Assembly: GCA_951406725.2 (NCBI GenBank)
Contig: OX597815.1
Span: 186,062,001 to 186,126,000, forward strand
DNA: 64,000 nucleotides
Direction: 5' to 3'
Source: Octopus vulgaris
Taxonomy: Eukaryota
Below are positions 38,764 to 51,750 of this stretch, in pieces; position 1 is the first letter of the stretch; each line of letters opens with the position of its first letter. The translations under genes were made by a program, and so were the position numbers. Under the pieces are notes generated by a model that worked only from the letters and a program-made list of their open reading frames with translations, was not told where the DNA came from and did no database searches.

Positions 38764-39033
38764 TTGACAACAGGGACGATCTCATTGAAATTTGGAAAAA
38801 AGGCAATAGAATATTCTCGTCTTTGTGAACATGCACGCCGACTAATTTCCTGCTTTTCTACAACATACTGTTGCGAATCCACATTGTCGTACTTGACACA
38901 AATCAAGAATTCACTGAGAACACAGTTGACAGATAAGCATTTAGAGGACCAATTGACGCTAAGAACCACTATTTTAGAACCTGATATCAAAATGCTTTCT
39001 GGAAAAAAAAAGCAAACTCAAAGAAGTCATTAA
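38764..39033 (+). pseudogene. hAT (Charlie/SPIN-like) transposase C-terminal dimerisation-domain relic
   Basis: FSTTYCCESTLSYLTQIKNSLRTQLTDKHLEDQL...EPDIKML...QTQRSH*; possible terminus aaaggttcccctg near 39600. Confidence 0.8.
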
Positions 39034-39219
39034 TTTGAAGAAAGAGTAAATACATGCCTAAAGGAAATATTTCAAAATTTCATATTCTTGACTTTTTTTA
39101 AAAGATTATTATTCATTTACTTATTTAAAAAAAAAAGTTCCTACTTAAGTAAAATATTTTAAAATGTCATATTTCCAATTTTTATTCACCTGTCTTTGTT
39201 TTATGGCATTATTATTAAA

Positions 39220-39478
39220 TTATTCTGTTGCGTCTGGGGAGAGTCATTTTATTTTTGTGCCTTATAATGTAACACACTCACCGGTAAATTTTTTCCTAAA
39301 AGTTTTGTTGCTTCTTGCAACCTTTTCGATTGTTTTGACTCGATATTATATTATATTATATTATATTACATTATATTATATTATATTATAAGAAAATGAC
39401 TCTCCCCAGACACAACAGAATATGCTTCAACACACGAACTCATATAAAGAATCTTGCAAATCAAATCCAAAAACGAAA
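39220..39478. mobile_element. Fold-back element family E, copy 3, with (TATAT)n spacer
   Basis: Arms 39220-39342 and 39390-39478. Confidence 0.75.
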
Positions 39479-40087
39479 TATTATTAAATTACTTAGCGGC
39501 CTAAGCTTAGGGATAAAATGACAAAAAATATTTGTTCAATGCGGCCTCTATGAGGAGCGATGAATTGTAAGGTGACCTTCATGACCAAAAAGGTTCCCCT
39601 GTAGTCTGCTGTGACGAAGCTTTCGAACGCTAAGAGTTCATTTGCTTAAGTGGTGATTACGTTGTCATGGTCGTTGTTACACTGGTGACGGTGATTTTGT
39701 TTCTACTGGCAGATTTCTCTGCTTTAGCTGTTGTGATGCAATTATAGTATTAATTGCTTTAGTAGAATTAACACCTATACCAATGTTATATGTGTCAAAA
39801 ACAAATAGAAAAATGTTTAGAAAATAACACTTTTTTAAAAAAAATTTGACAGACAAATATTTCAGAGAAACTTGTTATGGTTATCTCATTGATTTTGTTA
39901 CTCTTCGTATCCGAGACGCTTCATGTGAGCGACTACAATGGCTGTAATTTCTATAGAAAATCTATAGAGATAGTCTTAATAAGTCATGTAAGAGTACTGC
40001 TAATACAATAGAGCACGGTCATGACGTTTAATATAGTCTTTATTAGTAACATTATGCCTGCGTAGCGAAATACTGTGTCACTATAAG

Positions 40088-40478
40088 TACTCTTTTACTC
40101 TTTTACTTGTTTCAGTCACTTGACTGTGGCCATGCTGGAGCACCGCCTTTAGTCGAGCAGATCGATCCCAGGACTTATTCTTTGTAAGCCTAGTACTTAT
40201 TATATCGGTCTCTTTGGCCGAACCGCTAAGTTACAGGGACGTAAACACACCAGCACCGGTTGTGAAGCGATGTTGGGGGGACAAACACAAACATATACAC
40301 ACATATACATATATACGACGGGCTTCTTTCAGTTTCCGTCAACCAAATCCACTCACAAGTCTTTGGTCGGCCCGAGGCTATAGTAGAAGACACTTGCCCA
40401 AGGTGCCACGCAGTATGACTGAACCCGGAGCCATGTGGCTGGTAAGCAAGCTACTTACCACACAGCCACTCCTACGCC
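40088..40478 (-). mobile_element. SINE family A, full length
   Basis: Matches consensus. Confidence 0.9.
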
Positions 40479-40513
40479 TTAAAAGGAATAAAGGCGGCGT
40501 TAACCGTTAACGT

Positions 40514-40585
40514 CTCCCCGGCGGGGAATCGAACCCCAGTCTCCCGCGTGACAGGCGGGGATACTTACCACCATACTACCGACAA
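40514..40585 (-). tRNA. tRNA-Asp(GTC), probably a pseudogene (acceptor stem G:G mismatch)
   Basis: TTGTCGGTAGTATGGTGGTAAGTATCCCCGCCTGTCACGCGGGAGACTGGGGTTCGATTCCCCGCCGGGGAG is close to the metazoan tRNA-Asp sequence; GTC anticodon; T4 about 30 nt downstream. Confidence 0.85.
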
Positions 40586-40994
40586 CCAGCATTAATATTT
40601 CAGAGAAAATGGCACCTCTTTAATTTGACTGGCACCATATCGGTCAAAATTCCCTTCCACCGACTGCCCTTTCCCTAAGACTTGTTAATTTTATAAATAA
40701 CAATGTTTCCTTCATGCCAGCAAATGGTGGGGCTAAATAACTGTGTTTAGAGGAGGAGGGACAGCTAATTTTGACATCCCATCATTTTGGTGAGAACGTC
40801 TTAAACAACTATAATGATCAAAATTCCACCTTGCATTTGGAGAAATTCGTGAAACGCTGTCAATGCCTAAGATCAGAGAAAATTCAGTGTGAATAACTAT
40901 TAACAGCTACATAAACAAGAGAAAACAATAAAAAATAACGACAAAAACAAACAGTACGAATAGTAGCTTTTGCGGTAGTATAAGCCCCAGTGAC

Positions 40995-41020
40995 AGCAGC
41001 AGCAGCAGTAGTAGTAGCAA

Positions 41021-41093
<73 letters not shown>

Positions 41094-41180
41094 GGTAGTA
41101 ATAGTAGTAGTAGTTGTTGTTGTTGTTGTTGTTGCTGTCGCTGTTGTTGTTGTTGTTGTTGTTGTTGCTGTTGTTTTTGT
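40995..41180. repeat. (GTA)n/(GTT)n microsatellite
   Basis: Visible directly in the sequence. Confidence 0.95.
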
Positions 41181-41984
41181 TATTGTTAATGAATGCAACG
41201 ATATCAGTTACTGTACGTTCCTTATTAATAAATTGGTGTTTACCCAGTATTTCTTTTACCTTTTTTCTTTATAATTCAGCGTGAAAGACGAGTGAGAGAA
41301 AGATCGTTAGGTCAGCAGAAATCTGATATTTCTCGACTTATTTAAACCTGCGGGCAATTTGAATATCATTATATAATTTGGAATAAATTTCTGTCACTTG
41401 ACGGTTTGGAAAAGAAAAATGTCTTCTTTAAATTCAATTCTTGTAATACAAGTTGTAATTTAAAGCCATTTGCCATTAGTTGTTAGTTGCTATATTTATT
41501 TTTAAAAATCAGTTTAGTGTGGATATCAATTTGAAAAGTGACGTGTTTTCTTCAGCTGCTGGGATTATTTAAACTTCTTTACGAGTAAATTTTCTTTTTG
41601 GAAGCTTTTTTATTCTTTCTTGTTGATAATAAAAACAAAAAAACAGTTGTTGTAGAGATGTGCTATGTATGTAAATATGGAGAGAATTTGCTTTTTCAAT
41701 GAATCATTCTGTTTCTTCGGTCAGTTTTTGACTGAAACGAGCAACCACTGTTGGTATAAGTGAAATTTAAAGCGGTATGGTGTATATTCGTCGTTCCTAG
41801 TTGAATGATTTGCTTGCACACTAAATACCACCAGTTCAGCTCAGCTCTAGAAACGCTTTCACGATTATTGCACATGACATGAGTCTGAGACCTTCAAAAC
41901 ACACACACAGCTGTTATATATGTACCAAAACTCACCTGTGAAAAAGCAAGTACTGTTTGTATGTGCCTATATAATAATCTTTTT

Positions 41985-42318
41985 TACTCTAAGCACAAGG
42001 CAAGAAATTTTGGGGGAGGGGGCCAGTCGATTAGATCAACCCCAGTACGCAACTGGCACTTAATTTATCGATCGCGACGAAATTTGAACTCAGTAAGTAG
42101 CGACGGGTGAAATGTTCTTTCTTTTTCCCCAACTCTAGGCACAAAGCCCGAAACTTCTGTGGAGAGGGGACCAGTCGATTAGATCAACTCCAGCTATGCA
42201 GCTGGTACTCAATTTATCGAATCCGAAAGGATGAAAGGCAAATTCGACATCGGTGGAATTTGAACTCAGAACATAAAGATAGACGTCGTGCTAACGTTTC
42301 TGCTAGCTCGCCGCCTTG
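41985..42318 (-). mobile_element. Two SINE family B fragments
   Basis: Reverse complement of consensus. Confidence 0.75.
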
Positions 42319-42456
42319 TACCATAATGATATTGTAATGTACCATTATGATATCATGACGAAACGCTTCTGTCTCACTTCTCAAAGTAAGGACACATGAA
42401 CGGGGATATTAACAATAAGCTATAATATAAGAAAGTTATACAATTAATAAGAGAGA

Positions 42457-42935
<479 letters not shown>

Positions 42936-43049
42936 ATAATAATAATAATAATAATAATGATGAGGATGATGATGATGATAATGATGATGATGATGATGAT
43001 GATAATAATAATAATAATAATAATGATGATAATAATAATAATAATAATG

Positions 43050-43103
<54 letters not shown>

Positions 43104-43105
<2 letters not shown>

Positions 43106-43280
43106 GGCGTTTGAAAGCATCCCCCAAGGCGTTTGATAGCATCCCCCAAGGCGTTTGATAGCATCCCCCAAGGCGTTTAATAGCATCCCCCAAGGCGTTT
43201 GATAGCATCCCCCAAGGCGTTTGATAGCATCCCCCAAGGCGTTTGATAGCATCCCCTAAAGGCGTTTGATAGCATCCCCC
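43104..43280 (+). repeat. 8 x 22-bp tandem repeat (aaggcgtttgatagcatccccc) at the 5' junction of a Dong-type element
   Basis: Counted directly; the last unit runs into the RT frame KAFDSIPHTWIL. Confidence 0.95.
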
Positions 43281-45277
43281 ACACATGGATCCTCGAAACA
43301 CTAGCCATTAACAAAGTAGCACCAACAATCATAAAATTCATAGAGCACTCTATGAATAAATGGCAAACAGTCCTACACCTCCAAACAAAAGAGGAACTCA
43401 TGAAAACCAAAGACATCCCCATTAGAAGAGGAATATTCCAGGGAGACACGCTCTCTCCACTCCTTTTCTGCTCGGCACTGTCACCTCTATCTGATATACT
43501 AAATAGAACTGGATACGGATATAAATGTTACGGCAAAACGATCAGCCACCTTTTATATATGGATGACCTAAAACTATACGCTGCAAATGACAAACAGCTG
43601 GAAACACTATTAAAGACAGTTCATGGATTTACCAAAGAAATAGATATGAAATTTGGATTAGAAAAATGCGCCAAAGTAACCATGAAAAGAGGAAAACTAG
43701 TTAAGAGTAACAACTTCACACTAGATAAAACCAATGAAATAAAAGAATTAGACCAAAGCTAAACTTACAAATACTTAGGAATCCATGAACTAGATAAGAC
43801 ACAACACACACAAATGAAAGAGAAAATAAAAAAAGAATATTATAGACGAGTTAGATCAATATTAAACACAGAGCTCAATGCTAAAAACAAGATAATAGGT
43901 ATCAACACTTTAGCTGTCCCAGTTATAAGTTACAGCTACAATATCCTTAACTGGACACGAAATGAACTGACCAAAATAGATAGGAAAACAAGAAAAATAA
44001 TGACAGGATCTAGGATGCATCACCCAAAATCTGACATAGAAAGACTATATATACAACGTATAGAAGGTGGTAGAGGCCTTATACAGCTGGAAAACTACTA
44101 TAAAATAACCACCATAGGACTGCAAAAATATCTACTTCAGAAGGAAGGAAAACTGATCCAGATAGCGGCAAAACACGAGCAAAACAAAAAACTGTACTCA
44201 GTATTTAAGGAAGCTGACAAATACAAACAAGAAATCATACCACCTAATAAACATGAAGAAGAAGAAGAAGAAGAAGAAGAAGAAGAAGAAGAAGAAGAAG
44301 AAGAAGAAGAAGAAGAAGAAGAAGAAGAAGAAGAAGAAGAAGAAGAAACAACAAAAGCTATAAAACAAATGAAATCCAAACTAAAAATAGAACAGCAACG
44401 AACCATGATAAAACGATGGCAAGAAAAGCCCCTTCATGGTAAATACTGGACTAAACTAAACGCAAAAGAAATAGACAAAGAAAAATCCCAGCAATGGTTG
44501 AGAAGCTCAGGACTCAAAGCAGAAACAGAGGGATTTTTAATTGCAGCACAAGACCAAAGCCTCCCCACCAGAAATTACCAAAAACATGTAATGAAAAGAA
44601 ATATTACAAGTAACTGCAGAATATGTGGAGATGGACAAGAAACAATAAATCATATTATCTCTAGCTGCCCAGTCCTGGCTAAGAAGGAATATATTCACAG
44701 ACATGACAGAGTTGGAACCTACATACATTGGAAGCTATGCCAACATTATGGAATAACAACAGAAAAAAGATGGTATAGGCACACACCAGAAAAGGTCACA
44801 GAAAACGAGAAAGCAACCATACTCTGGGATATGCCGATACACACAGATAGAGAAATTAAGGCCAACAGACCAGATATAGTTGTCAGAGATCATGAAGAAA
44901 AAAATGCTTTCTAATTGATGTATCAATACCGGCAGATGACAACGTGTCTCTAAAAGAAATGGAGAAACTCTCAAAATACAAAGACCTGGAAATAGAGGTA
45001 ACTAGAATGTGGAATCTGAAAACAGAAACAATTCCTATCATAGTAGGTGCATTAGGCATGATATAAAAATATTCAGACAAATACATAACAAAAACACCAG
45101 GACTTACAAACACATATAACATACAGAAAATTGCACTACTAGGCACTGCACACATCCTACGCAGAACACTTTCCATACAATAACCATCAGCGCATCACAA
45201 CAAATCACAGCACATACCCAAGGCACACAGAGTTGCGCTCGGTAGTGAAGTGAAAGCACGCTATAAAAATAAAACTA

Positions 45278-45280
<3 letters not shown>
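43259..45280 (+). mobile_element. R4/Dong-type RLE non-LTR retrotransposon, 5'-truncated, disabled
   Basis: RT (GIFQGDTLSP, YMDDLKLY, FGLEKC, YKYLG), CCHC knuckle, RPD..ID..K endonuclease; stop at 43760, frameshift in A-run near 44900, stop near 45064; (AAT)n both sides. Confidence 0.92.
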
Positions 45281-45352
<72 letters not shown>

Positions 45353-45482
45353 AAGAAGAAGAAGAAGAAGGAGGAGGAGGAGGAGGAGAAGAAGAAGAAG
45401 GAGGAGGAGGAGAAGAAGAAGAAGAAGAAGAAGAAGAAGAAGAAGAAGAAGAAGAAGAAGAAGAAGAAGAAGAAGAAGAAAA
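45281..45482. repeat. (AAT)n-(AAG)n-(GAG)n compound microsatellite
   Basis: Visible directly in the sequence. Confidence 0.95.
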
Positions 45483-45486
45483 AATA

Positions 45487-45622
45487 CCTTAGGAATGAAA
45501 ACCCAGGTCCAAAATTCCCGCAAGGCATCTGATCAAGGCTGGAGGGTATATCAGCCGAAACGTTGTGTTTACAAACAAGATGAGGACAAATATCCATCAA
45601 ATGTAAATAATATAAATAATGT
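45487..45622 (+). mobile_element. Hammerhead-bearing element copy (core mutated to CTGATCA)
   Basis: ggcat-CTGATCA-aggctg...cagcc-GAAACGTT-gtgtt; direct repeat of 42800-42935. Confidence 0.7.
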
Positions 45623-45898
45623 TAAGATAGAAATGTTTGATAAAAAGACAATCACGCCAATCCTACAATTGTTCTGATTTAAGAAAGTACAGGGTTGGTT
45701 GACATTAGTGTGTAATATATTTTATTAACGTTTAAATTCGCTATTACAAAATACATATCTCACATAAGAAAACCCAGTTCATCGTTTAACTGCAATGAAG
45801 TTTTGATTCTACAGGAAACCTTACCGTTTACCAACATTTCACATTGACCATTGCCATGCAAGTGGAATTGGCAACAGATATTTTCCGATATCCAATCG

Positions 45899-45938
<40 letters not shown>

Positions 45939-46469
45939 CAAAATAAGCAACAAAATATCAAGATGTGATGCCCTACGACCGTTTCAAGCGGCTCCATTTA
46001 ATTGACCAATGCAATCAACATATGTATATCTATGAATGTACGCATGTATATGTATATATGTGTGTGTCTGTCTCTGTGTGTGCTCATACATACATGCATA
46101 AGGCGGTAAATATGAATAGTATATCTAAGGAACTGATGCTTTTCCGAACGACTTATCCTAAATGATATTCATTCTACACCAAGTTACACATGAATATCCA
46201 ACGTTTCCACAAAAAGTCTGTCAATAGAAAGGATATCATAAACTTACACAAATGGCTGTTTACTTCTCTTACATCAAAGTTATCGTCAGAAAGTAAAGAG
46301 ACTGTAACCTTGTCTCCATGCCATTGTGTTAATCCTCAATTCTAATCACAAACTGAGCTTTATATTCATCTTATTAATCTGGTTCTATTATAACTTTTGA
46401 GAAAATTCAGTAGTGAGAGTTATTAATATCTCCATCTGAAATTTACTTTTAATGATTCTTCATCGCTAA

Positions 46470-46697
46470 TTGATGGCAGAAACGTTAGCACGCCGGGCGA
46501 AATGCTTAGCGGTTTTTCGTCTGCCGTTACTTTCTGAGTTCAAATTCCGCCGAGGTCGATTTTGCCTTTCATCCTTTCGGGGTCGATTAAATAAGTACCA
46601 GTTACGCACTGGGGTCGATATAATCGATTTAATCCGTTTGTCTGTCCTTGTTTGTCGTCTCTGTGTTTAGCCCCTTGTGGGTAGTAAAGAAATAGGT
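46470..46697 (+). mobile_element. SINE family B, near full length
   Basis: tggcagaaacgttagc (A-box-like), gagttcaaattcc (B box), core and tail. Confidence 0.88.
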
Positions 46698-47531
46698 ATT
46701 ATGTGGGTAAATTCTAAACTAATATTGAAATAGAAAATGACTCTCAGGTAGAAATCAGGGAAACAGAGCTTATCGTAACGATATAAATATTTGGTTTTCG
46801 AGTGTTTAACTATATATAAAACGAAATATATGAAGAATGCTCTTTTGACATAAGCCGGTGAGATTTATTAATGTGTCACGTAGACTTAATTGCGTTAAGA
46901 TACTTTAATTTTCACTCGGAGATGCCAAAGTGATACGATGCATAAACAATAGTTTGAATGGTTTATAGAAAAGCCTAAATTTATTGATCGCGAATAGGTT
47001 TTATGTCAACGTTAAATATTAATGAAATTCTATAAGGTTTATGGCAATGGGACGTATGAAGGCTATCACCCAGGATGGCACACGACATATTAATGATCAT
47101 CAAGAAAGTATAAATTATATTAACATTTTGGCTGTTATGAATCCTCAGAAATTTCTATCTGTGCAATAATACTTAACGATCGACCTGAGCAGTTACGTTA
47201 GTAGCTTTTTTATATTATTTGTAAAACATATGAAGTTCGATAAAAAGTTATAATATTGATAATATTATATACGATTTTATTTCATAGTTTAGTACTAATT
47301 ATATTCAGTGAGTGTTACGCAAATGATCATTTCCATACATTATCAAACATTTGTATTGCCCTAACAATTGTCACATTCTTGACCAACTTTCAGTATTTAC
47401 TTTATACAAAGGATAACCTCGGCCGCCATCTTCCTTCCCACATAAACAAAATAAATAAAATTAGGAGCAGAATGCTTTTGCATAACTTCCTGTTTAATTT
47501 TTTCATGGACATAATATTGAAACATCAATAA

Positions 47532-48179
47532 GGGCAGCGAGCTGGCAGAATGGTTAGCACGCCGGGCGAAATGCTAAGCGGTATTTCGTCTGCCGCTACG
47601 TTCTGAGTTCAAATTCTGCCGAGATCGACTTTGCCTTTCATCCCTTCGGCGTCGATTAATTAAGTACCAGTTACGCACTGAGGTCGATGTAATCGACTTA
47701 ATCCCTTTGTCTGCCCTTGTTTGTCCCCTCTGTGTTTAGCCCCTTGTGGGTATTAAAGAAATATATATATATTTTAAGGCGGCGAGCTGGCAGAAACGTT
47801 AGCGCACCGAGCGAAATGCCTTGCGATATTTCGCCTGTCGTTACGTTGTGAGTTCAAATTCCGCCGAGGTCGACTTTGCCTTTCATCCTTTCGGGGTCGA
47901 TAAATTAAGTACCAGTTACGCACTGAGGTCGATATAATCGACTTAATACCTATCTCTGTCCTTGTGTGTCCCCTCTGTGTGTAGCCCCTTGTGGGTAGTA
48001 AAGAAATACGTATTTCGCCTGTCTTTATGTTCTGAGTTCAAATTCCGCCGAGGTCGACTTTGCCTTTCATCCTTTCGGGGTCGATTAAATAAGTACCAGT
48101 TACGCACAGGGGTCGATATAATCGACTTAATCCGTTTGCCTGTCCTTGTTTGTCGTCTCTGTGGGTAGTAAAGAAATAT
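47532..48179 (+). mobile_element. SINE family B trimer flanked by an 18-bp direct repeat
   Basis: atattgaaacatcaataa at 47514-47531 and 48180-48197. Confidence 0.85.
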
Positions 48180-49139
48180 ATATTGAAACATCAATAAATG
48201 CCACTCTGAGTAATATCAATATATCCAAATTCTTTGTTGCTCTGTAAGTTACCATTTGATGTGACTTGATTATATCATACAGTGCTTCCTACGCAATAGA
48301 AGAAAATATTTCTTGCAACCGTATGTCTTTGTTATTCGTTTTCCAATTTTAGTATTTACATTGAGGAACATCCATCTGAAACATTAAATTTCTTCAGCCA
48401 CAGAAAATTATTTTCTCACTATAAACACCGAAGCTGGTGAAGAGGAATGGGTAAAACCAATATCCCTCGGAATTATTACATTTTAGATTATAATGTTTAA
48501 CTGCCAAGAAGAATATATAAATCATATGCTAAACCGATTTAAAATTATAACATTTATCATTCTTATGTCGATTTGATAGTCTTCATATATACAAATATAT
48601 GCCACAATCGCCTCTATTGCTTATCCAGACACATTTTTATTACTGCACCAGAAAATAAATATATTCAGCAAATTTGTGTTCTTCAAAATACCTCACTTGC
48701 TTAACAGAGAGCTCATAAATGATAGGTTTAATGTAACTTATTTTGAAAGCTAGATTAATGTTGGTGGAATGTGAATATAGCTCTGTAAAACTTATTGTGA
48801 AATAAAATCAAAATAACATTTGAGATAGACATGTCTTCTGAATCGGAAACTATTCCAGGGAAAAAAAATAAAAAAGAAAACCAATATGAAATTGGTTAAA
48901 TACAGACACAAAAATTATATTAAATATATTTTGCTTACTTTTGAGTTCAAATGTTGTGGTTTAAGGTGATTCATCAAAATATTAAATACAAATCAATCAA
49001 GCAATAAAGTGAATTCAAATTAGCTGTAATAGCACTGTATCTCAATACAAAATATATCGCACACAAAAGTAGATTCCATAGCGTTATAAACCTAAAAGTA
49101 CACGAAATAAAATCTTTGCTGGAATAATAGTCATTATTT

Positions 49140-50255
49140 GAACTCATATTTGAACTCAGAATGTAAAGACAGACGAAATACCGCTTAGCTTTTTGCCCAG
49201 CTTGCTAACGTTTCTGCCACCTCGCCACCTTAAAAACAGTTAAATATTCTTTTCTACTCTAGGTAAAGGCCCAAAATATTTAGAAAGGGGACCAGTCGAT
49301 TAGATCGACCCCAGTACGCAACTGGTACTTAATTTGTTGACCTCGAAAGTATCAAAGGCAAAGTCAACCTCGGCGAAATTTGATCTCAGAATGTATCGAC
49401 ACGAAATACCTTAAAGCATTAGATCGACCCCAGTACGCAACTGGTACTTAATTTGTTGACCCCGAAAGGATGAAAAGCAAAGTCGACCTCGGCGAAATTT
49501 GATCTCAGAATGTATCGACACGAAATACCTCAAAGCATTAGATCGACCCCAGTACGCAACTAGGTACTTAATTTGTTGACCCCGAAAGGATGAAAGGCAA
49601 AGTCGACCTCGGCGAAATTTGAACTCAGAATGTAAAGACAGACGAAATACCTATTTCTTTACTGCACACAATGGGCTACACACAGAGGGGACAAACAAGG
49701 ACAGACAAACGGATTAAGTCGATTACATCGACCCCAGTGCGTAACTGGTACTTATTTAATCGACCCCGAAAGGATGAAAGGCTAAGTCGACCTCGGCGGA
49801 ATATGAACTCAGAACGTAGCGGCAGACGAAATACCTATTTCTTTACTACCCATAAAGGGGCTAAACACAGAGGGGACAAACAAGGACAGACAAAGGTATT
49901 AAGTCGATTACATCGACCCCAGTGCGTAACTGGTACTTAATTTATCGACCAAAAGGATCTAAGGCAAAGTCGACCTCAGCGAAATTTGTACCCAGAATGT
50001 AAAGACAGACGAAATACCTATTTCTTTACTACCCACAAGGGGCCAAACACAGAGAGGACAAACAAACAAGGACAGACAAACGGACTAAGTCAATTATATC
50101 GACCCCAGTGCGTAACTGCTACTTATTTACTCGACCCCGAAAGGTTGAAAGGCAAAGTCGACCTCGGCGGAATTTGAACTCAGAACGTAACGGCAGACGA
50201 AATACGGCTAAGCATTTCGCCCGGCGTGCTAACGTTTCTGCCAGCTCGCTGCCTT
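49140..50255 (-). mobile_element. Tandem array of SINE family B units
   Basis: cgaccccagt recurs at 49306, 49425, 49544, 49729, 49914 and 50100. Confidence 0.88.
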
Positions 50256-50463
50256 AAGAACAGTTAAATATTAACAGCAGTTTCTCATCATAAAAGAATA
50301 TGTATTAGTAGTGATTCTTTCTTTAAGTGATTTTAGCCACTGTACAACGGCTCAGCTGGGACACCGTCGTCTAGGAATTTGTCACTCAGTCGTGTCTCGC
50401 AATTTATTTCAGTATAGTATATATCTTATCGACCTCGTTTTTTGAACCGCTATAATAGCATTG

Positions 50464-50802
50464 AAGGCACGTGGCTCAGTGGTTAGAGCGTCGAGCTTAC
50501 GATCGTGAGGTTGTGAGCTCGAATCCCGGACCGGGCTGCGTGTTGTGTTCTTGAGCAAGACACTTTATTTCACGTTGCTCCAGTTCACTCAGCTGTAGAA
50601 ATGAGTTGCGACGTCACAGGTGCCAAGCTGTATCGGCCCTTGCCTTTCCCTTGGACAACATCGATGACGTGGAGAGGGGAGGCCGGTATGCATGGGCAAC
50701 TGCTAGTCTTCCATAAAACAACCTTGCCCAGGCTTGTGCCTCAGAGGGTAACTCTCTAGGTGCAAACCCATGGTCAGCGTCTGACCGAAGGGGGTCACCA
50801 CC
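50464..50802 (+). mobile_element. SINE family D, full length with 12-bp TSD
   Basis: ataatagcattg at 50452-50463 and 50803-50814; tRNA-like head. Confidence 0.9.
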
Positions 50803-51368
50803 ATAATAGCATTGTTTAAGATGATATCAAGCAACTGAGCTAATGCCTGATGATTAAGTAAACGCTGCTGCTGATGTTAATACAACATTTGTAAAATAAG
50901 CAAAAAATTAGACTACAAATTGGTTAGTGTAACTGGGATTTACCTAAGTGTTCAGAACACTCCAAACATTTCTTCTCATTGGATGCACACAAAATTTACT
51001 CTACGTCAACATTCTTACAGTGACCATTGCTGACAAGTTTACATGGCCTCAACGTTCTACATGGGCTCTGCACAACTAACACGCTTCACTAGCATAAATG
51101 GTCGTCTCTCACAATTGCTTTTCCTCAGAGGTGTTTACCAGCCAATAAGCGAGGTCGATATGGACACTTTGTGTTTATACTTACGTGAACACATTCATAA
51201 ACCTTCATCCACACACGTATAACATTTATAATTTTATTCTACACTGCGATGCTGTATGGCATATACACAAAAGCTGCACTTTTATAACTCTCACGGAAAG
51301 TATCAAAACCAATGGTCTATGGAGAATTACTAGAGTGCAAAGGATTTTTCAGAATATCTCAGTAAATT

Positions 51369-51750
51369 GTGGCACTCCGTCGGCTACGACGAGGAGGGTT
51401 CCATTTGATCTGATCAACGGAACAGACTGTTCATTAAATCAACGTGCAAGTGCCTCAGCATTCCACAAACACGTGTACCATTAACGTTGTTCTCGGGGGA
51501 GATTCAGCGTGGCGCAGAGTATGACAATGCTGGCCCTTTGAAATACAGGTACAACAGAAACAGGAAGAAGGAGTGAGAAAAAGTTGTGGTGAAAGAATAC
51601 AACAGGGTTCGCCACCATCCCCAGCCGGAGCTACGTGGAGTTTTTTAGGTGTTTTCACTCAATAAATATTCACAACGCCCGATCTAGGAGTCGAAACCGC
51701 GAACCTAAGACTGCGAGTCCACTGTCCTAACCACTGGGCCATGTGCCTCC
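51369..51750 (-). mobile_element. SINE family C
   Basis: Reverse complement of 23270-23630. Confidence 0.85.

Noticed and set aside
43104-43280. CRISPR-like repeat array
   Set aside because: Units are contiguous with no spacers, the unit is RT coding sequence, there are no cas genes and the DNA is eukaryotic
50464-50535. tRNA genes at SINE heads (also 23270, 42529, 8603)
   Set aside because: A/B-box-like motifs but no complete cloverleaf; most continue into SINE bodies
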